A DNA stretch of 63,350 nucleotides, filler included, from Rhabdomonas costata (GCA_019059605.1; 34 parts of 34 records of this genome joined end to end with filler, not necessarily neighbours in it); one strand, 5' to 3'; numbered from the whole stretch's first letter, positions 1-12,276 are shown. Numbers and translations are program-made. Notes: generated by a model from the letters alone, not told the origin.

Positions 1-1767
1 GTTGGTGGTGGGTACATTTAACACACCAGGTTCAACACATTCCGTTAGAAGGCTTCTCTGGTTTGGAATGATAGTTTTAACCTCCGCAGCAACCTCTGAC
101 CTATGCAGCCACCACCACCACAGTGGATCAGGAACGCACCTCTTAGTAAACCACAACATCACGTACAAGAGCACACGTGTGAGCTACCCAACATCGCCTG
201 CAGTCTGAGCACTACAACCGATTCTGTTTCATTACGTTTAGTTTTTGTCCTTTACCACTAACGGCCTCCCATCATTATCCATTGTTTTTTTGGCAGCCTT
301 TCTTCCCTACAAACCTGCAAATATGTTACATTGTATATAACTGTATACAATACATATTGAACCTTCAACTAGTTTTGTGCTGCGTAAGCTAAAATTCAAA
401 ACCAAAGCTTCTCATTTTGATATTTGGCTGTGCTGATGACTGGTTTGGCGCTTTTGATGCTGTGGTGCCGCTGTATGATGTTACGTTTTTATTGTCTATG
501 ATTCGTTATTTTGCGCCCATTCCTGTGCCCCAATAGCGGTCTTGTACATACAGCATTTTATGGCGCTGCATAAAGTATACAATATTTGTTGTGTAAACGG
601 CTGATAATTGAGGATTGCAGATACCTAATTATCCAAGGCGGTGTGTTACCACACCAGGGTCTTAATCAGTCGGATGAGGCGTTAGGATCGTAGCAAGATG
701 CGCCACACAAATAGTGGCTCTTAAATATTTCTCTCAATAAGAGTAAAAGCTGACCCTCTTATATATAATCCACACACTCAACTACTCTAGCGGAATCTTG
801 ATCATCACCACACACCACTAAAGTGTAAGTGGCCCATCAGTCAGCACCATTCATTCTGACACGATCAATCTTAGCGCTGTAACAGAGCTAGAAATAGGAG
901 ATGAGGACGCAGTGGAACCATTCGGATTATGAGTAAAAGATGATGGCACATGTAGGAATATCACCTGATGTAATATTCAGCATAGAAATTTAATGAGTCA
1001 CACTTATCACGTTGTAAATACTCAATTTACCACTCACCTCACCACTCAACTGACATTCATCAACATCATTAGCATTAGGTAGGGGGAATTTTACTAAAGT
1101 TACGCTAGTGTTTACAAGTCACGTCAATTGTAAACAATCCCAACAATAAGAAGCAACATCATTACATGTGGAATGCAGCAATGCAGCAGGACCCATCACA
1201 GTAGCTTCGGAGACAAGAACCACATAAGATGCAACATCAGATGCATGAATCACCACAGCAGCAACAGAGTCGTGGGACTGAAGTAGCGCAGAAGTCACAA
1301 AAAGAGGCGCTGGTAAAGCATAGCGGTCTCGATTCAATCACAATGTCATGCAGTAGCAAGAGTCACACAACTGCAGATGTCGTAACACACACCAAGCATC
1401 ACCACAACAAGCATCACAGCAGAAGAAACCACAGCAAGCACCAAATTCACCACATTCCACACGCAAGTCCACAAGAAGTGCAACATCACCAAACCAACCG
1501 TCCACACACACACTACCAAATCCAATAACAGCAGAAGCAACTTCATGTCATGAGTCACAAAGCAGCCAACACTTACATCACCAGAGGCACAAGAATCGCA
1601 AGAGACACACATATAATGGTTACACGAAGACAAAAAGTAGCCAGAGACATCAGCGTATGGAACATAATACGCTCAAAGTCACAAACACAGAATTCTGCAG
1701 CATAATGAATCACACAAATGCAAGAAACGTCAGCGGATGTCACAAGCCACCAAGCACACCACCAACC

Positions 1768-1867
1768 NNNNNNNNNNNNNNNNNNNNNNNNNNNNNNNNN
1801 NNNNNNNNNNNTTAATTAATTAANNNNNNNNNNNNNNNNNNNNNNNNNNNNNNNNNNNNNNNNNNNN
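1768..1867. other. Artificial contig linker (N44-TTAATTAATTAA-N44), first of 33 identical linkers
   Basis: Identical 100-nt spacer with stops in all six frames. Starts at 1768, 3635, 5502, 7369, 9236, 11103, 12970, 14837, 16710, 18577, 20445, 22311, 24173, 26039, 27903, 29770, 31638, 33504, 35364, 37233, 39100, 40965, 42831, 44697, 46563, 48430, 50295, 52160, 54026, 55891, 57756, 59621, 61486. Contigs between them are 1760-1773 nt, suggesting length sorting. Confidence 0.99.
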
Positions 1868-2038
1868 TGTGGTGGATGCTGTCGATGTGGAGCAGAAGGA
1901 GGAAGGCCAGAAGACCACCAGCATCAGCAGCGGGGCAAGGCGTGATGTGTCGAGTCCGCTGAGGTATTTTCCGTATTCACTGGGCGAGTAGCAAAGCAGA
2001 CAAGCAGAGAGAGAGAGAGAGGTTGCCAGAAACTTCGG

Positions 2039-3568
2039 TCACCACAGGATGACCCCAGCGATCTGCAAAAGGCCTTTGGTGCTCTTCAGGCGGACAGTAT
2101 GTAGGCCGCCGTCGGCCAGCCGCTTGGGCACAGTGCAGCTGCAGTTCAAAGCATATAAGGAGAGATCCGTCCACCAAACCCCGCCCCGAATCAAGCATCT
2201 TGCCGCATCGGTCGTCTCCTCTCGCCGCCCAGGGATAAGGGTAGGGAAAGACGCCTCGACGTGCATCCACTTGGCCCCGAATGACAAAATGCAAAGAGTG
2301 GAAACCCCTGGCATCATCCTGAACTCAAAGTCGACCGATGCATTCTCGGCCACAGGCTTCCATGTCTGCTTCCTGTCCGACCGTGCGCGGTGGTAAAGCG
2401 TACCATTCTCAACCCAAAAAGTGAAATTCGTAGCCTGCGATGGCACCAGGTCAACAGCCTTGCTTTGCGTTAGAGTTAGATTGCATGAGAGGGTTCGGTT
2501 GCGCGAAACGGAGGAGATCTTGCTCACCATCTCCTGCGCCACTAACCTCAACTTACTCAGCGCATGCAGCAGGGTGACGTTGGGGGGCGCAACAAAGCTT
2601 TTGGCTTGGATAAAAATCATGGCAAGAAACTCTGCCATAAGATGGTGTCCATACTCATTGAAATGATAGTCTCGGCCACATCTCGCGTACAGCTGAGTTC
2701 TGTAGAAATCAACGAGCCGCCGCTGACCCTGGTTACGCAATACCTTGCCCATGATCAGCGAAACCGGGTTTACCCCAATGTGGGGCCCAACCCCATGAAC
2801 AAAGGAGACCAAAGGAAGGTCAAACGCTTCAGCTGCGTCCTCCAAATTCTTTCGGGTGCGGTGCAAGCCGCAGCCCACCGTGCGGGTACGCTCGCTGGGG
2901 TACCAGCAGAAATGCATCGCCACCATCACCGTTAACACCGCGGGGCGGCCAAACCGCTGCGTATCGAAAAGCAGCACCGCCAGAAGAGCGGCGTAGTGCT
3001 CCAGGCTCGCGTCGAAGTTTTCGGCAAACTCCACAATCCATACGTCCGGAGGTTTCGAGGGGTCCTCGGCCACGAGGGTGTACAGCTTCTCCGTGCAAAA
3101 CAAAGGAAGCATGAATCCAGCACCCCCTTGAGCCAGGTTGTAAATCTGAACCTCCTCTGCAGCGTGGCGTTCCACTAGAAGACAGCTCAGCACCTCGGTA
3201 AAGGCGTCCTTGTGGTCGGAAACCCCACCTCCAGCAGAGTAGCTCCCTCCTAGGACGCCAATTCGCAGCGGCCTGCTTTCCTGCCTCGCCGCATTCATCA
3301 CCGCGTGAAGACGCTCCAGGTTTCCCGTTCTGATGATGCTATTCTTGAGGCTGCTGCCGCTGACAATGCCGAGGTAATCCCAACTCCCATGCTTCAACTT
3401 CAGAGGTGGCTTTACCGGACACGCCATCTTCATAATTTTACCTTTGCTACTCGCATGACATGAATGCGAAATGCTTGGAAAAGTGGCCCACGCCTGGCTT
3501 TCGGCGAAGATAAAAATTGAGAAAACCACCGCAATGCGGAAAAGCACTTCCAAATAGCTTGAAGCCAT
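2039..3568 (-). CDS. SGNH/GDSL-like hydrolase (esterase) with N-terminal hydrophobic signal or anchor
   Basis: Long uninterrupted ORF, first ATG at 3568. Motifs: block I GVLGGSYSAG, block II NLAQGGAG, block III DVWIVEFAEN, block V-like DYHFNEYGH. Hydrophobic segment VLFRIAVVFSIFIFA. May continue through a 63-nt GT-AG intron (1980-2042). Confidence 0.8.
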   Translation of the reverse strand: MASSYLEVLFRIAVVFSIFIFAESQAWATFPSISHSCHASSKGKIMKMACPVKPPLKLKHGSWDYLGIVSGSSLKNSIIRTGNLERLHAVMNAARQESRPLRIGVLGGSYSAGGGVSDHKDAFTEVLSCLLVERHAAEEVQIYNLAQGGAGFMLPLFCTEKLYTLVAEDPSKPPDVWIVEFAENFDASLEHYAALLAVLLFDTQRFGRPAVLTVMVAMHFCWYPSERTRTVGCGLHRTRKNLEDAAEAFDLPLVSFVHGVGPHIGVNPVSLIMGKVLRNQGQRRLVDFYRTQLYARCGRDYHFNEYGHHLMAEFLAMIFIQAKSFVAPPNVTLLHALSKLRLVAQEMVSKISSVSRNRTLSCNLTLTQSKAVDLVPSQATNFTFWVENGTLYHRARSDRKQTWKPVAENASVDFEFRMMPGVSTLCILSFGAKWMHVEASFPTLIPGRREETTDAARCLIRGGVWWTDLSLYALNCSCTVPKRLADGGLHTVRLKSTKGLLQIAGVILW

Positions 3569-4158
3569 TCCTGAAGAAAAACCTGCGATGGCACTGAGCA
3601 CAAAGCCAACCAATGTGCTACTGCAAAAAACACCNNNNNNNNNNNNNNNNNNNNNNNNNNNNNNNNNNNNNNNNNNNNTTAATTAATTAANNNNNNNNNN
3701 NNNNNNNNNNNNNNNNNNNNNNNNNNNNNNNNNNGGTGTTTTTGCCTGTTGTATTCTTGGTGTTCTTTGTATTCTTGGTGTTTTCCATTTTGCTTTTTCT
3801 GAGGGGGGGGGGGTTCGATCCAAAAAAAAGGAAAAAAGGCACCGGTGGAAATCCCCATCACGAAACTTAAATATTGAGTGAGGAGGTTTTGGTGGTTTGA
3901 GGAGGGTTTGCTGGCTCTCCTGATCAAAACGTCTTGTGTGACAATTAGTTCCAGCACAGTCAAGTGATATAGAGGGTCGAACGAATGTTACGCAATAAAG
4001 AGTAAACCACAACAAAACTCCATAAATACTTGATAACTCGAAACTTGATAACTTTGACAAAAGGTAACGAGTACGAAGCTTGTGAAGAGCGATTCAAACC
4101 CTCCAAAGAGCGGCGGGAAGAAACCTCGGGGCTCTCACACCAAGACACAAACCCGCAC

Positions 4159-5255
4159 CTTTGCAGTGGCCCTCAAGGAGACAATGAACAACGCGGAGCG
4201 GTTTGCGGAGGCCTCCCGGCCCATCCACAGCGTCTCCAGCCCGCACTGGTTGCCGTGGGTCAGGGTGCAGGTCAGATCCGCCAGGGCGGAGGCATTGTGG
4301 GTAACGTTGGTGCCACACAGGAGCTTTACGATTACCCCGAAGTATCTGCCGAAATGCGGAAGCAGATGCAAATCACCAAGGGGCCAGAGGTGGCGATTTT
4401 GCAGCCTCCAGATAGAAGAGTGGAGGGTGGCCCGTACATGTTAAGCGCAGGAGAGGTAAAACAATCACACAGACACCTCATGAAAAGTCACAAGAACTAA
4501 ACATTAGAGGACATTCAGTTTCACACCCAAGAACGAGAAAAACGTGAGGCCACACCAAAAGTGTTCCTCAGACACGATCTCACCTCCTCAACCATCCTTC
4601 ACTCCAACCTCGATAATCCTAACCATCCTCCCATTCTCATTTTACTTACAAACAGCCAAATTAATTCACCCCCAAAAAACCCTTAAAATAACTTAACATA
4701 ACAACCCAAAAGTTAGAAAAAAGTGTGCAGTGCGAAGTCCAATATGAAGTTTTTTCACATTGACTTTAAAACGCTGGCCGCTCGCGAGCACACACGCGCA
4801 CGCAGACACTTTTTTCTAGGCCTTTCCGCAGGGAAACACACACACACAAGTACACAAACACAAACACAAACACAAACACACCCTGCGCGGCACTTGCAGT
4901 GGTCCTGGGTGCAGATCCATGAATAGAAGTGGCCGTACTGGCACTGCGTGGGGCACCACCCGGGGGGCATTTGGGTGCACCAAGGCTCCCCGTCGCAGCC
5001 CCAACACGCTGGGCACGGCCCGCAGTCTGCGGGACACGCCGCACAGCTCTCCAGGGCCCCACACACGCCATCCCCGCAAGGGTCGTGGAAGCCTTCTATT
5101 GCCACCATGCCAGCATTCGAGGAAGCATCGGTCACTCCACCTCGCACCGAAGTCGTGCCCGTGGCGGTGGTAAGGCTTAGCATAATGATAGCAACAGCAA
5201 AAAGGAAATGTCCCCGAAGAAGAGCCAGGGCCGTAAGAGCAGCCCAAGAGCCCAT
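4159..5255 (-). CDS. Secreted or surface cysteine-rich protein (CGDG motif plus EGF-like module), 5' exons
   Basis: Exons 5255-4882 and 4345-4159 join in frame across a GT-AG intron to give CKCRAG|YFG, an EGF-like CxCxxGYxG ending. Also CGDGVCGALESCAACPADCGPC and a signal-like N-terminus. Confidence 0.65.
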
Positions 5256-5352
5256 CGTTCGAGTGAATATCCTGCGGAGTGCAAGTGCCTTCGCCTTTTT
5301 CATACACTGGTGTATTGGTGAATCTCCGTCCATGAACTGGAAATGCAAGGGA

Positions 5353-5384
5353 GGGTTAGAGTTGGGGTTAGGGTTGGGGTTAGG
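5353..5384 (+). repeat. Short degenerate telomere-like (TTAGGG/TTGGGG) tract
   Basis: gggttagagttggggttagggttggggttagg. Confidence 0.55.
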
Positions 5385-6460
5385 CCTGCACTCAGCGACA
5401 CGCACAAATGGGCAGGAAAAATCGAATACCCGGCAGAGCGTTGCACCTCGAAGGTGACTTCACCCTCGGCACACTCATGGGCAAACCACAAGTGCAGAAA
5501 TNNNNNNNNNNNNNNNNNNNNNNNNNNNNNNNNNNNNNNNNNNNNTTAATTAATTAANNNNNNNNNNNNNNNNNNNNNNNNNNNNNNNNNNNNNNNNNNN
5601 NGTTTTGTTGTTGCTGGCGCGTTGGCGGTGCTGCTGTCGGTGCTGAACACCATGTCGTGCATTGGGTTCAGGGTGTGCGCCGTGCCCATCCACACCCACC
5701 CACTCACACACTATGTGCACAAGGTGTGGTTTTGGTGGAGGTCTTTTCTGCCCCCACTTTCAAATACTCTTCTGCTGCCTGGCCGCTTCTCGAGAGTGTC
5801 CGGATCACCCCGCTGCTGCTGGGCGGAGGTTCTTGGGAAACCTCAGTGGCGGATTTACCCGCGGTTCTAGGGCCAACCCTCTGCGCTCGTCCAGCCTGCG
5901 TTTGCTGCTCGGTGGCCTCTGTTCTGTCTCTCCTCTCTTCTCGATTCTTCTTCTGGTTGGAATCCTTTGGTCATCTTCTTGATGCCACGGAGTGCCCCAG
6001 TCGAGGTGCCGTACAGCTCAAATCCATATCACGATCTAACACGCTGGTCTCGATTGGGCGAGGATGAAGGCAACTTTGGCCCCAATAATAAATTTGTGGG
6101 TGGGGATCTCACGAAGGCCTCGGAGGAGGAGAGGCATTTTGGCTTTCGGTCAACTCTCAACTCTGGCCCCACCCCCAACCAGGACTTCCCCTGTGGAACA
6201 TGGGGGCCAGCAGGTGCCTGGTTGGGGATATGCCGTAAGTTGCCTGGAGGTGACGGATTCTCGAGCAGTCGCGAGACTTCATGATGAGTGAGAAAGGTCT
6301 CCCCGCCCCCCACAAACACGGGGCATTCTTTTGTCCCCCCCCTTGCCATGGCTCCTTGGCAATTGCACTGCTTTTCGCCTCGTTTTCCTTTAAACACCAT
6401 GCCCCTCGTTGGGTAGTTTCCTTCCTCACATACATACACACATGAGGACACGAAGGATAC

Positions 6461-7215
6461 CTCCTTGCGCTGCACCTCAACCACGTCCAGGCCGATGACC
6501 ACGTCGCCTGCCCGCACCCCGGCCCGGTGTGCGGCCCCACCATGCAGTGGCCGCAGCACCTGCCACCCATCCCACCTGGCTCTCTCCCCTCGCAATGATA
6601 ACTAATATTAATAATTAACAACGGCGTGGGATGGCGACCGATGGCGGTTTCGACACACCCCATTGTGGAGGACGTTTCTGCTTCCTGCGGATGTTCGAGT
6701 TTCACCGCTTATCTGGTTGCGGCTCGGGTTGAGGATCATCCCTCTGCTGCTGGGCGGGGGTCATTAAGAAACTTCAGTCCCACGCGTTTATGCATGCAAT
6801 TACCGTCGTCAAACCACGATTATGACATGAACAAAGGCTGGCACCACGATGTTCAGCAGGCTGCGGCACCAGGGACAGTCTGAGAACGCGGCCTTGACGG
6901 CAGAGACAGGATACCCCCACCCCACTTCCCGCCGCACTAGCTATGCGACAGCGAACTGAAAACGACTAAACTGCACCTTCCAGCATCAATCTTTTTAACG
7001 GCTAACCACCAAGACACCAAAAGGCATTGAAGGCACCGTCTCTTACCGGGCTAGCGGCCAAGAGCCAACAGAGGCGATCGAAAGCAAATCTTGTTCGACC
7101 TTGACATGAGCCTTTCGGGTGGGGAGGCAGCTGGCCTCGGTGTGTTCCGCAAAGATCCCCACGAACGGCGCGGTCAGCAGCTCAAAATGCTCGTCCAGAA
7201 GGCACTGCACTCGCG
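6461..7215 (-). CDS. PDZ-like domain protein, internal exons
   Basis: Exons 7215-7047 and 6575-6461 have GT-AG borders and compatible phase. GGAAHRAGVRAGDVVIGLD matches the PDZ pattern GxxAxxAGLxxGDxI. Confidence 0.6.
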
Positions 7216-7226
7216 CTGTGAAAGAC

Positions 7227-7257
<31 letters not shown>

Positions 7258-9632
7258 TGAAGCGGGGAGAACCAAAGCGGAAACCCCGATGGCTTCATCA
7301 ACAAAAAACCTCAACACCACATGGGCAGAGTTATTCCCACCTCGAAGGAATGCGATATACAAAAAACCNNNNNNNNNNNNNNNNNNNNNNNNNNNNNNNN
7401 NNNNNNNNNNNNTTAATTAATTAANNNNNNNNNNNNNNNNNNNNNNNNNNNNNNNNNNNNNNNNNNNNGGGTTTTTGGTTCTGTAAGAAGCACTCTGCTT
7501 GGGCTCCCAACTTGTCCGGGGTGAGCTGAGAACTGTGTCCTAGCAACGACTGCAAAGTACACTCCCCTGTCATGATGTTTCCTTCCCTTCTGCCTCACAG
7601 CTTTCCAGGTTCTGGACGACAATCTGCTGGTTGTACATTGCCCTGAGGCTGCTGTAACAATTCTCTACGAGGTGCTTCTGCTTTTTTTCTGCAAAATGCC
7701 TCCTTTCAATCCCGCTCGCTCACTCTGCGTGTCCATCTGTTCTCCTGTCTTGGAACATTGCTATCATAATTTGACACAGGGTTGTCAAAAATTTGTCGCA
7801 ATTGTCATAACGTTGGAAAAACGTTGGTCAAAATTATGGTCACCATTTCTCATTCTTTGAATGGTGGTCACGAACCAAAGTGTCTCTGGTGTGTTCCAGA
7901 TTTTGGTAGCCTTTGATATGCACCTTTGAGGCGCCTTTGTCGTCGTCTTGCTTGGATTGGGGGGCCGTTCCCCAGAGCACTCGAACGTGTACACTCACCT
8001 TTACCCTTTTGTTGCCTAAGAGTGACTAAGTATCATGTGCGGTGACATTGCCACTGGGAAGCTTAATTTTCACGCTCGGGTGGGAAATACGAGCAGAAAG
8101 CGGAGAACTTTCGCTTTTCTCCTTCTTGGAAGCAATAACAACACATTTCAGAGCTGTTCTGCGCAAACGGCAAGCTGACGACACTATATGGATTCCACAC
8201 CAGCTGTCATCAGTGTGCCATCAGTATGTCATCAGGAGACAACCCCTATGTCATCAGGACAAAATGGGTTTGTTTGCTCGAAAAAATCTCCAACACTCTT
8301 TTTCTTGATTGGTGCCGAATAGTTGGTGGAACAGAGTGGCCAAGGGCAAACACTGATTTCGGGCGGTCCAAGCCGAGCTGTTTGTGCAATGAAAAGGATA
8401 CATGGGAGCTTGAGAGCAGGCAAGCATACCACCATCACCACCACCACCCACCACCACAACTACCAGGTTCTCCCTCCAGTGTCGGTGAAGGCCTCCGCCT
8501 CCGTGTTGGGTCGCTCGGTGGTCGCGGCCAGCCTGTCCTCTGCGGAGCCCTGGGTTCTCACCCACGTGCGCACCCTTCCCTCCCCAGGGGCCCTGGTGCT
8601 TCCCCCGGCTCCCTTGCTCTCCCCCGGCGCCCCTCTCCTTCCCTCGCTGCACTCCGCGCAGGGCCCACTGGACATCTTCCCCTGCCCAGGGTGACTGTGT
8701 GCGGCCACTGAGAATTGCTGATCAATTTTTTATTTTCATTATCGTGGCACTGGGAACGAGCCTGAGCCGACCACAAACGAGACGCAGGAGTGGTTACCCG
8801 AACATAACGAAAGGGAAAACGTTCTAAAGTTGTATTTCTCCTCGTTCCATTGATTGCTTTCTTTATTTCGATGGCAATATTTTCACTGACAATTGTTCGA
8901 GAATTGTTTTGGCGCAAGTTTATTTTTGCCTCCTTTGCAGCGCGCAGATATCGTGACAAACGCCTCGAGGTAATTTTGTCAGACAAATGGGCGTATCATT
9001 ATGACAATATTTCAGCTCTCTCCCCTGTGAGAACTGGAATCTGCTGTCACCACAGGTAACTGTTGTTCAAAACTTCTGCTGCAGTCCCCCCCCCCCATAA
9101 AAGCGCTGCTCTTATCATTGCCTTTGTGTTTGAGTCGACCGAAGCGGAAGCAATTAAGAGTATGTCAGTTGATAAATACGTGTTAAGATGGAGAACGAAG
9201 ACACCTTTTTCGGGAGTACTGCTATAACCACACCCNNNNNNNNNNNNNNNNNNNNNNNNNNNNNNNNNNNNNNNNNNNNTTAATTAATTAANNNNNNNNN
9301 NNNNNNNNNNNNNNNNNNNNNNNNNNNNNNNNNNNCGGTGAGTGGTTTGTGTGCCCATCGTACTTGGTTGCGTGCGTGAAACGAAGCGTGTGGCTGCAGC
9401 GTGAGTTTGAATCAGGGTCCACGTGAAGTTTGCGTTTTTTTATTGTTATTTTTTGAAAGGGCGGAAAGGCTGGGGCCTCTGATGGGCTCCAAGTCATCAT
9501 ATAAGTATCCCCCTCTCGTTTCCTTCGTTTTTTCGAGGGGACCCTGTTAGCTGGTCTGTTCCGTGACGTGCGTGTACCTTCGCCAAGTACACAAAGGGGA
9601 AGAGGTGTTTGTATACATGTATGCGTCGGCAG

Positions 9633-10684
9633 GCGTCTCAGGGTTCTCCGCCCAGCAGAGGATGGATGATTTGCACCCCCGAGCAAACGAAAGCCCCGCT
9701 TGGAGGCAGGTAGACCTTCACGCCAAACGAGCCTTGTGCGAGCAGTGTGTTTGTTTGTGTGTGTGTGTGTGCGTGTGCGTAAGCCTTGTGCACGGTGTGC
9801 GTGTGTGTGTGTAAGTGCGCGCCTGCAGTGTGCCCGTTAACCTGGGGCAAGTGTACAGAGTGGTGCTGCCTCTTCATCGGTGTGGTTTTCCACGGTGTAG
9901 CTCGTGCTGTGGTGCTGCGAGATCCGAATTTGCAACCCCCTGCCCCGCTGCCGCACCAGACGTTGTTGTTCATCCATGTAAAATTTGCCTCCCTCCTCCT
10001 CCAACGAGTATGATGGAGCGCCCTGGTTAGGCCAGGAGCAGAAGGTTTGATATAGAGGCAACCAGCGGCAAGGATATGATGGTGGGGTGGAAGCAGTGGG
10101 CTGGGGCGTTGCAGTTAGCTTTGCCTTGCCTTGTATGCGGTTGACATTTCCACAAGTTCAGCAATGGATAATCCCACTCTTTTGGGTCACGAAACTCAAA
10201 CAATCACCGGTACCGTTTGCATCCCATTTTGCAGAGCCCCGGCTGCTATTTATTTGCATCGAATTTTTGGTGTGCTCGTAATTCGTCTCTCGCCCCTCAG
10301 AAGCGGGCAATAAAAGACTTCGCCTTGTGAGAGCTCGACTCTCTGACCGCGAGGTGTCACACCCCATTTTGGCCCAGAACCATTGTGTGAACTGCTTTTC
10401 TCGATTCAGCCAGCCACTCGTTTTTGTTTCCTTTGAGTTTTCTTCGTTTTTCTTTTTTGCAACTTTGTGTTTGATATTCTCAACCATCCATCACCCAGTC
10501 TTTTTGTATTTTCAGTATTCCCTTCCTTCTGCAGCTATGGTGTGCCCTTCTTCCCTTTGCCAGGAGGACGTCGTTTCCGCCGTGTCCGCAGCGGCGGGGC
10601 GGGAGCTGAGTAAGACCGAGTGCGCCTTGCTGAGGCATCTGTCTTCCCAAGGCCTGGCTAAGGTCAACGAAGACCTCTGCCAAG
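9633..10684 (+). CDS. Hypothetical protein, two internal exons
   Basis: GC-rich exons 9633-9709 and 10564-10684 flanked by AG/GT and phase-compatible. No recognisable domain. Confidence 0.35.
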
Positions 10685-11227
10685 GTTTTGCGGATTTTTT
10701 TGGACTGACTGGAATGAAAGCAAAAAAGTTAACTCCCTGACACCGCAAAAAGTCAACAGAATCCTTGACGATGGAGTTTGAACCCTTTGATTAGGGGTTT
10801 GTCTCCAGTCATTTTAGGAGTTTGTGGAATGGTCATTCTCCAACCGCGTCCCTTTGGGAATCTGATGCAGTGTATTTGGGGCAGTGCTGAACGTCTAGCA
10901 CTACCAAACGATCATAAATTTCCTGACCCTCATCAAATTAAAATGCGTCTGTCTGCGGGCCCATTTTGGTAAAATTGTCAAACGCATAGGTAGTTGACCG
11001 AGTTTGCGTAACCCCAGCAGTGCTAAACGCAGTATCGCCCTCCCCTATGGAACGTCCCAACCCATGCGCCCGCTCCGGCCGCGCCGCGGTACTGGCCTCC
11101 GCNNNNNNNNNNNNNNNNNNNNNNNNNNNNNNNNNNNNNNNNNNNNTTAATTAATTAANNNNNNNNNNNNNNNNNNNNNNNNNNNNNNNNNNNNNNNNNN
11201 NNTTGTTGTATATACATTTAAACTGTG

Positions 11228-11294
11228 AAATAACAAAAATATATTTTGTTATTTATACAAAAAATTTTATTTTTAATATCCAAAAATAAAATTT
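11228..11294 (-). terminator. Two tandem AT-rich hairpins, putative mimivirus-type polyadenylation signal
   Basis: aaataacaaaa/ttttgttattt (11228-11254, 11-bp stem) and aaattttattttt/aaaaataaaattt (11262-11294, 13-bp stem, 7-nt loop). They start 17 nt past the stop of the 11311-12276 ORF. Confidence 0.6.
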
Positions 11295-11310
11295 ATAAAA
11301 ATCCTTGATT

Positions 11311-12276
11311 TCAAAATTCCAATTTTGTTATAAGATATTCATTGTTGTACATACTTTTTTTTCTACTATTTTTTCTTCTTTCTCGTATTTCGTTTTTACC
11401 GATGTATCCACATACACCATTTCTTGGAGAATCTGTTATTGGTAAATAATTTATTTCATCATTCATACATTTCTCACATACTGTTTCTGGTATTTCATTA
11501 CTTATTAATGTTGCATCTGAATTACAATTATCTCTACAACATTTGAATGTTAATGGTCTATTTTTTGCAATTATTTTTAATTTTTTAAATGTACTATTAC
11601 ATGTAACAAGTCGTTCTATCTGAATTGTAGTAGTGTTACACATATCATAATTATAAAATATTTTTTGATTATCAGCTTCTAATATACTATTTATATAACG
11701 ATCAACATTAGAAATTAAATCTGATTTAACAGATGTAAAACTACTAAGATGAAAACAACTTTCACCAAACCAAATATTTTGTAAAAATTTATGTAACATA
11801 CGTAATGTAAAATTTATTGGAACACACATATATAACCAATAAATATTATTAGGATTTGGTATTTGAAGTTTAGATGCAATCTCTGGATGTAAACATCCAA
11901 AACAATTTGAATAATCTAAGTTAATATACAAAAGCAACGTATTGATATTTCCTTCTTCAGATACATTTATAGTATTTAAACATTTGTTTACATGTTGATG
12001 TTTTCGTAAAACAAATGTTTTATTACATATTAAACATAAACCATTCTCATATTTTTTTGTATTGTTTTTTTGAGATACTGTTTTTGTATCTTTTTGTTTC
12101 TTTGATTTTTTATTTTCTGTTACATTCGTTTGTTGTGATACTTTTTCATCTGTTGTATCTTTTTGTTTCTTTGATACTTTATCTTTTTTTGTTTTTATCC
12201 GTTGTAATACTTTATCATTTTCTTCTGTTATATTCATTTGTTGTGATAAATCATCATTTTCATTTAATGTGTTCAT
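11311..12276 (-). CDS. pRiA4b ORF-3-like (IS1096 passenger TnpR-like) zinc-binding protein with K-rich repetitive N-terminus
   Basis: 321 aa, intronless. Motifs in the order I recall for the prokaryotic family: CLIC...HVNKC, YWLYM, TLRMLHKFLQNIWFGESCFHLSSF, YNYDMCNTTTI, IAKNRP, a Cys cluster, LPITDSPRNGVCGYIG. Confidence 0.75.
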   Translation of the reverse strand: MNTLNENDDLSQQMNITEENDKVLQRIKTKKDKVSKKQKDTTDEKVSQQTNVTENKKSKKQKDTKTVSQKNNTKKYENGLCLICNKTFVLRKHQHVNKCLNTINVSEEGNINTLLLYINLDYSNCFGCLHPEIASKLQIPNPNNIYWLYMCVPINFTLRMLHKFLQNIWFGESCFHLSSFTSVKSDLISNVDRYINSILEADNQKIFYNYDMCNTTTIQIERLVTCNSTFKKLKIIAKNRPLTFKCCRDNCNSDATLISNEIPETVCEKCMNDEINYLPITDSPRNGVCGYIGKNEIRERRKNSRKKSMYNNEYLITKLEF

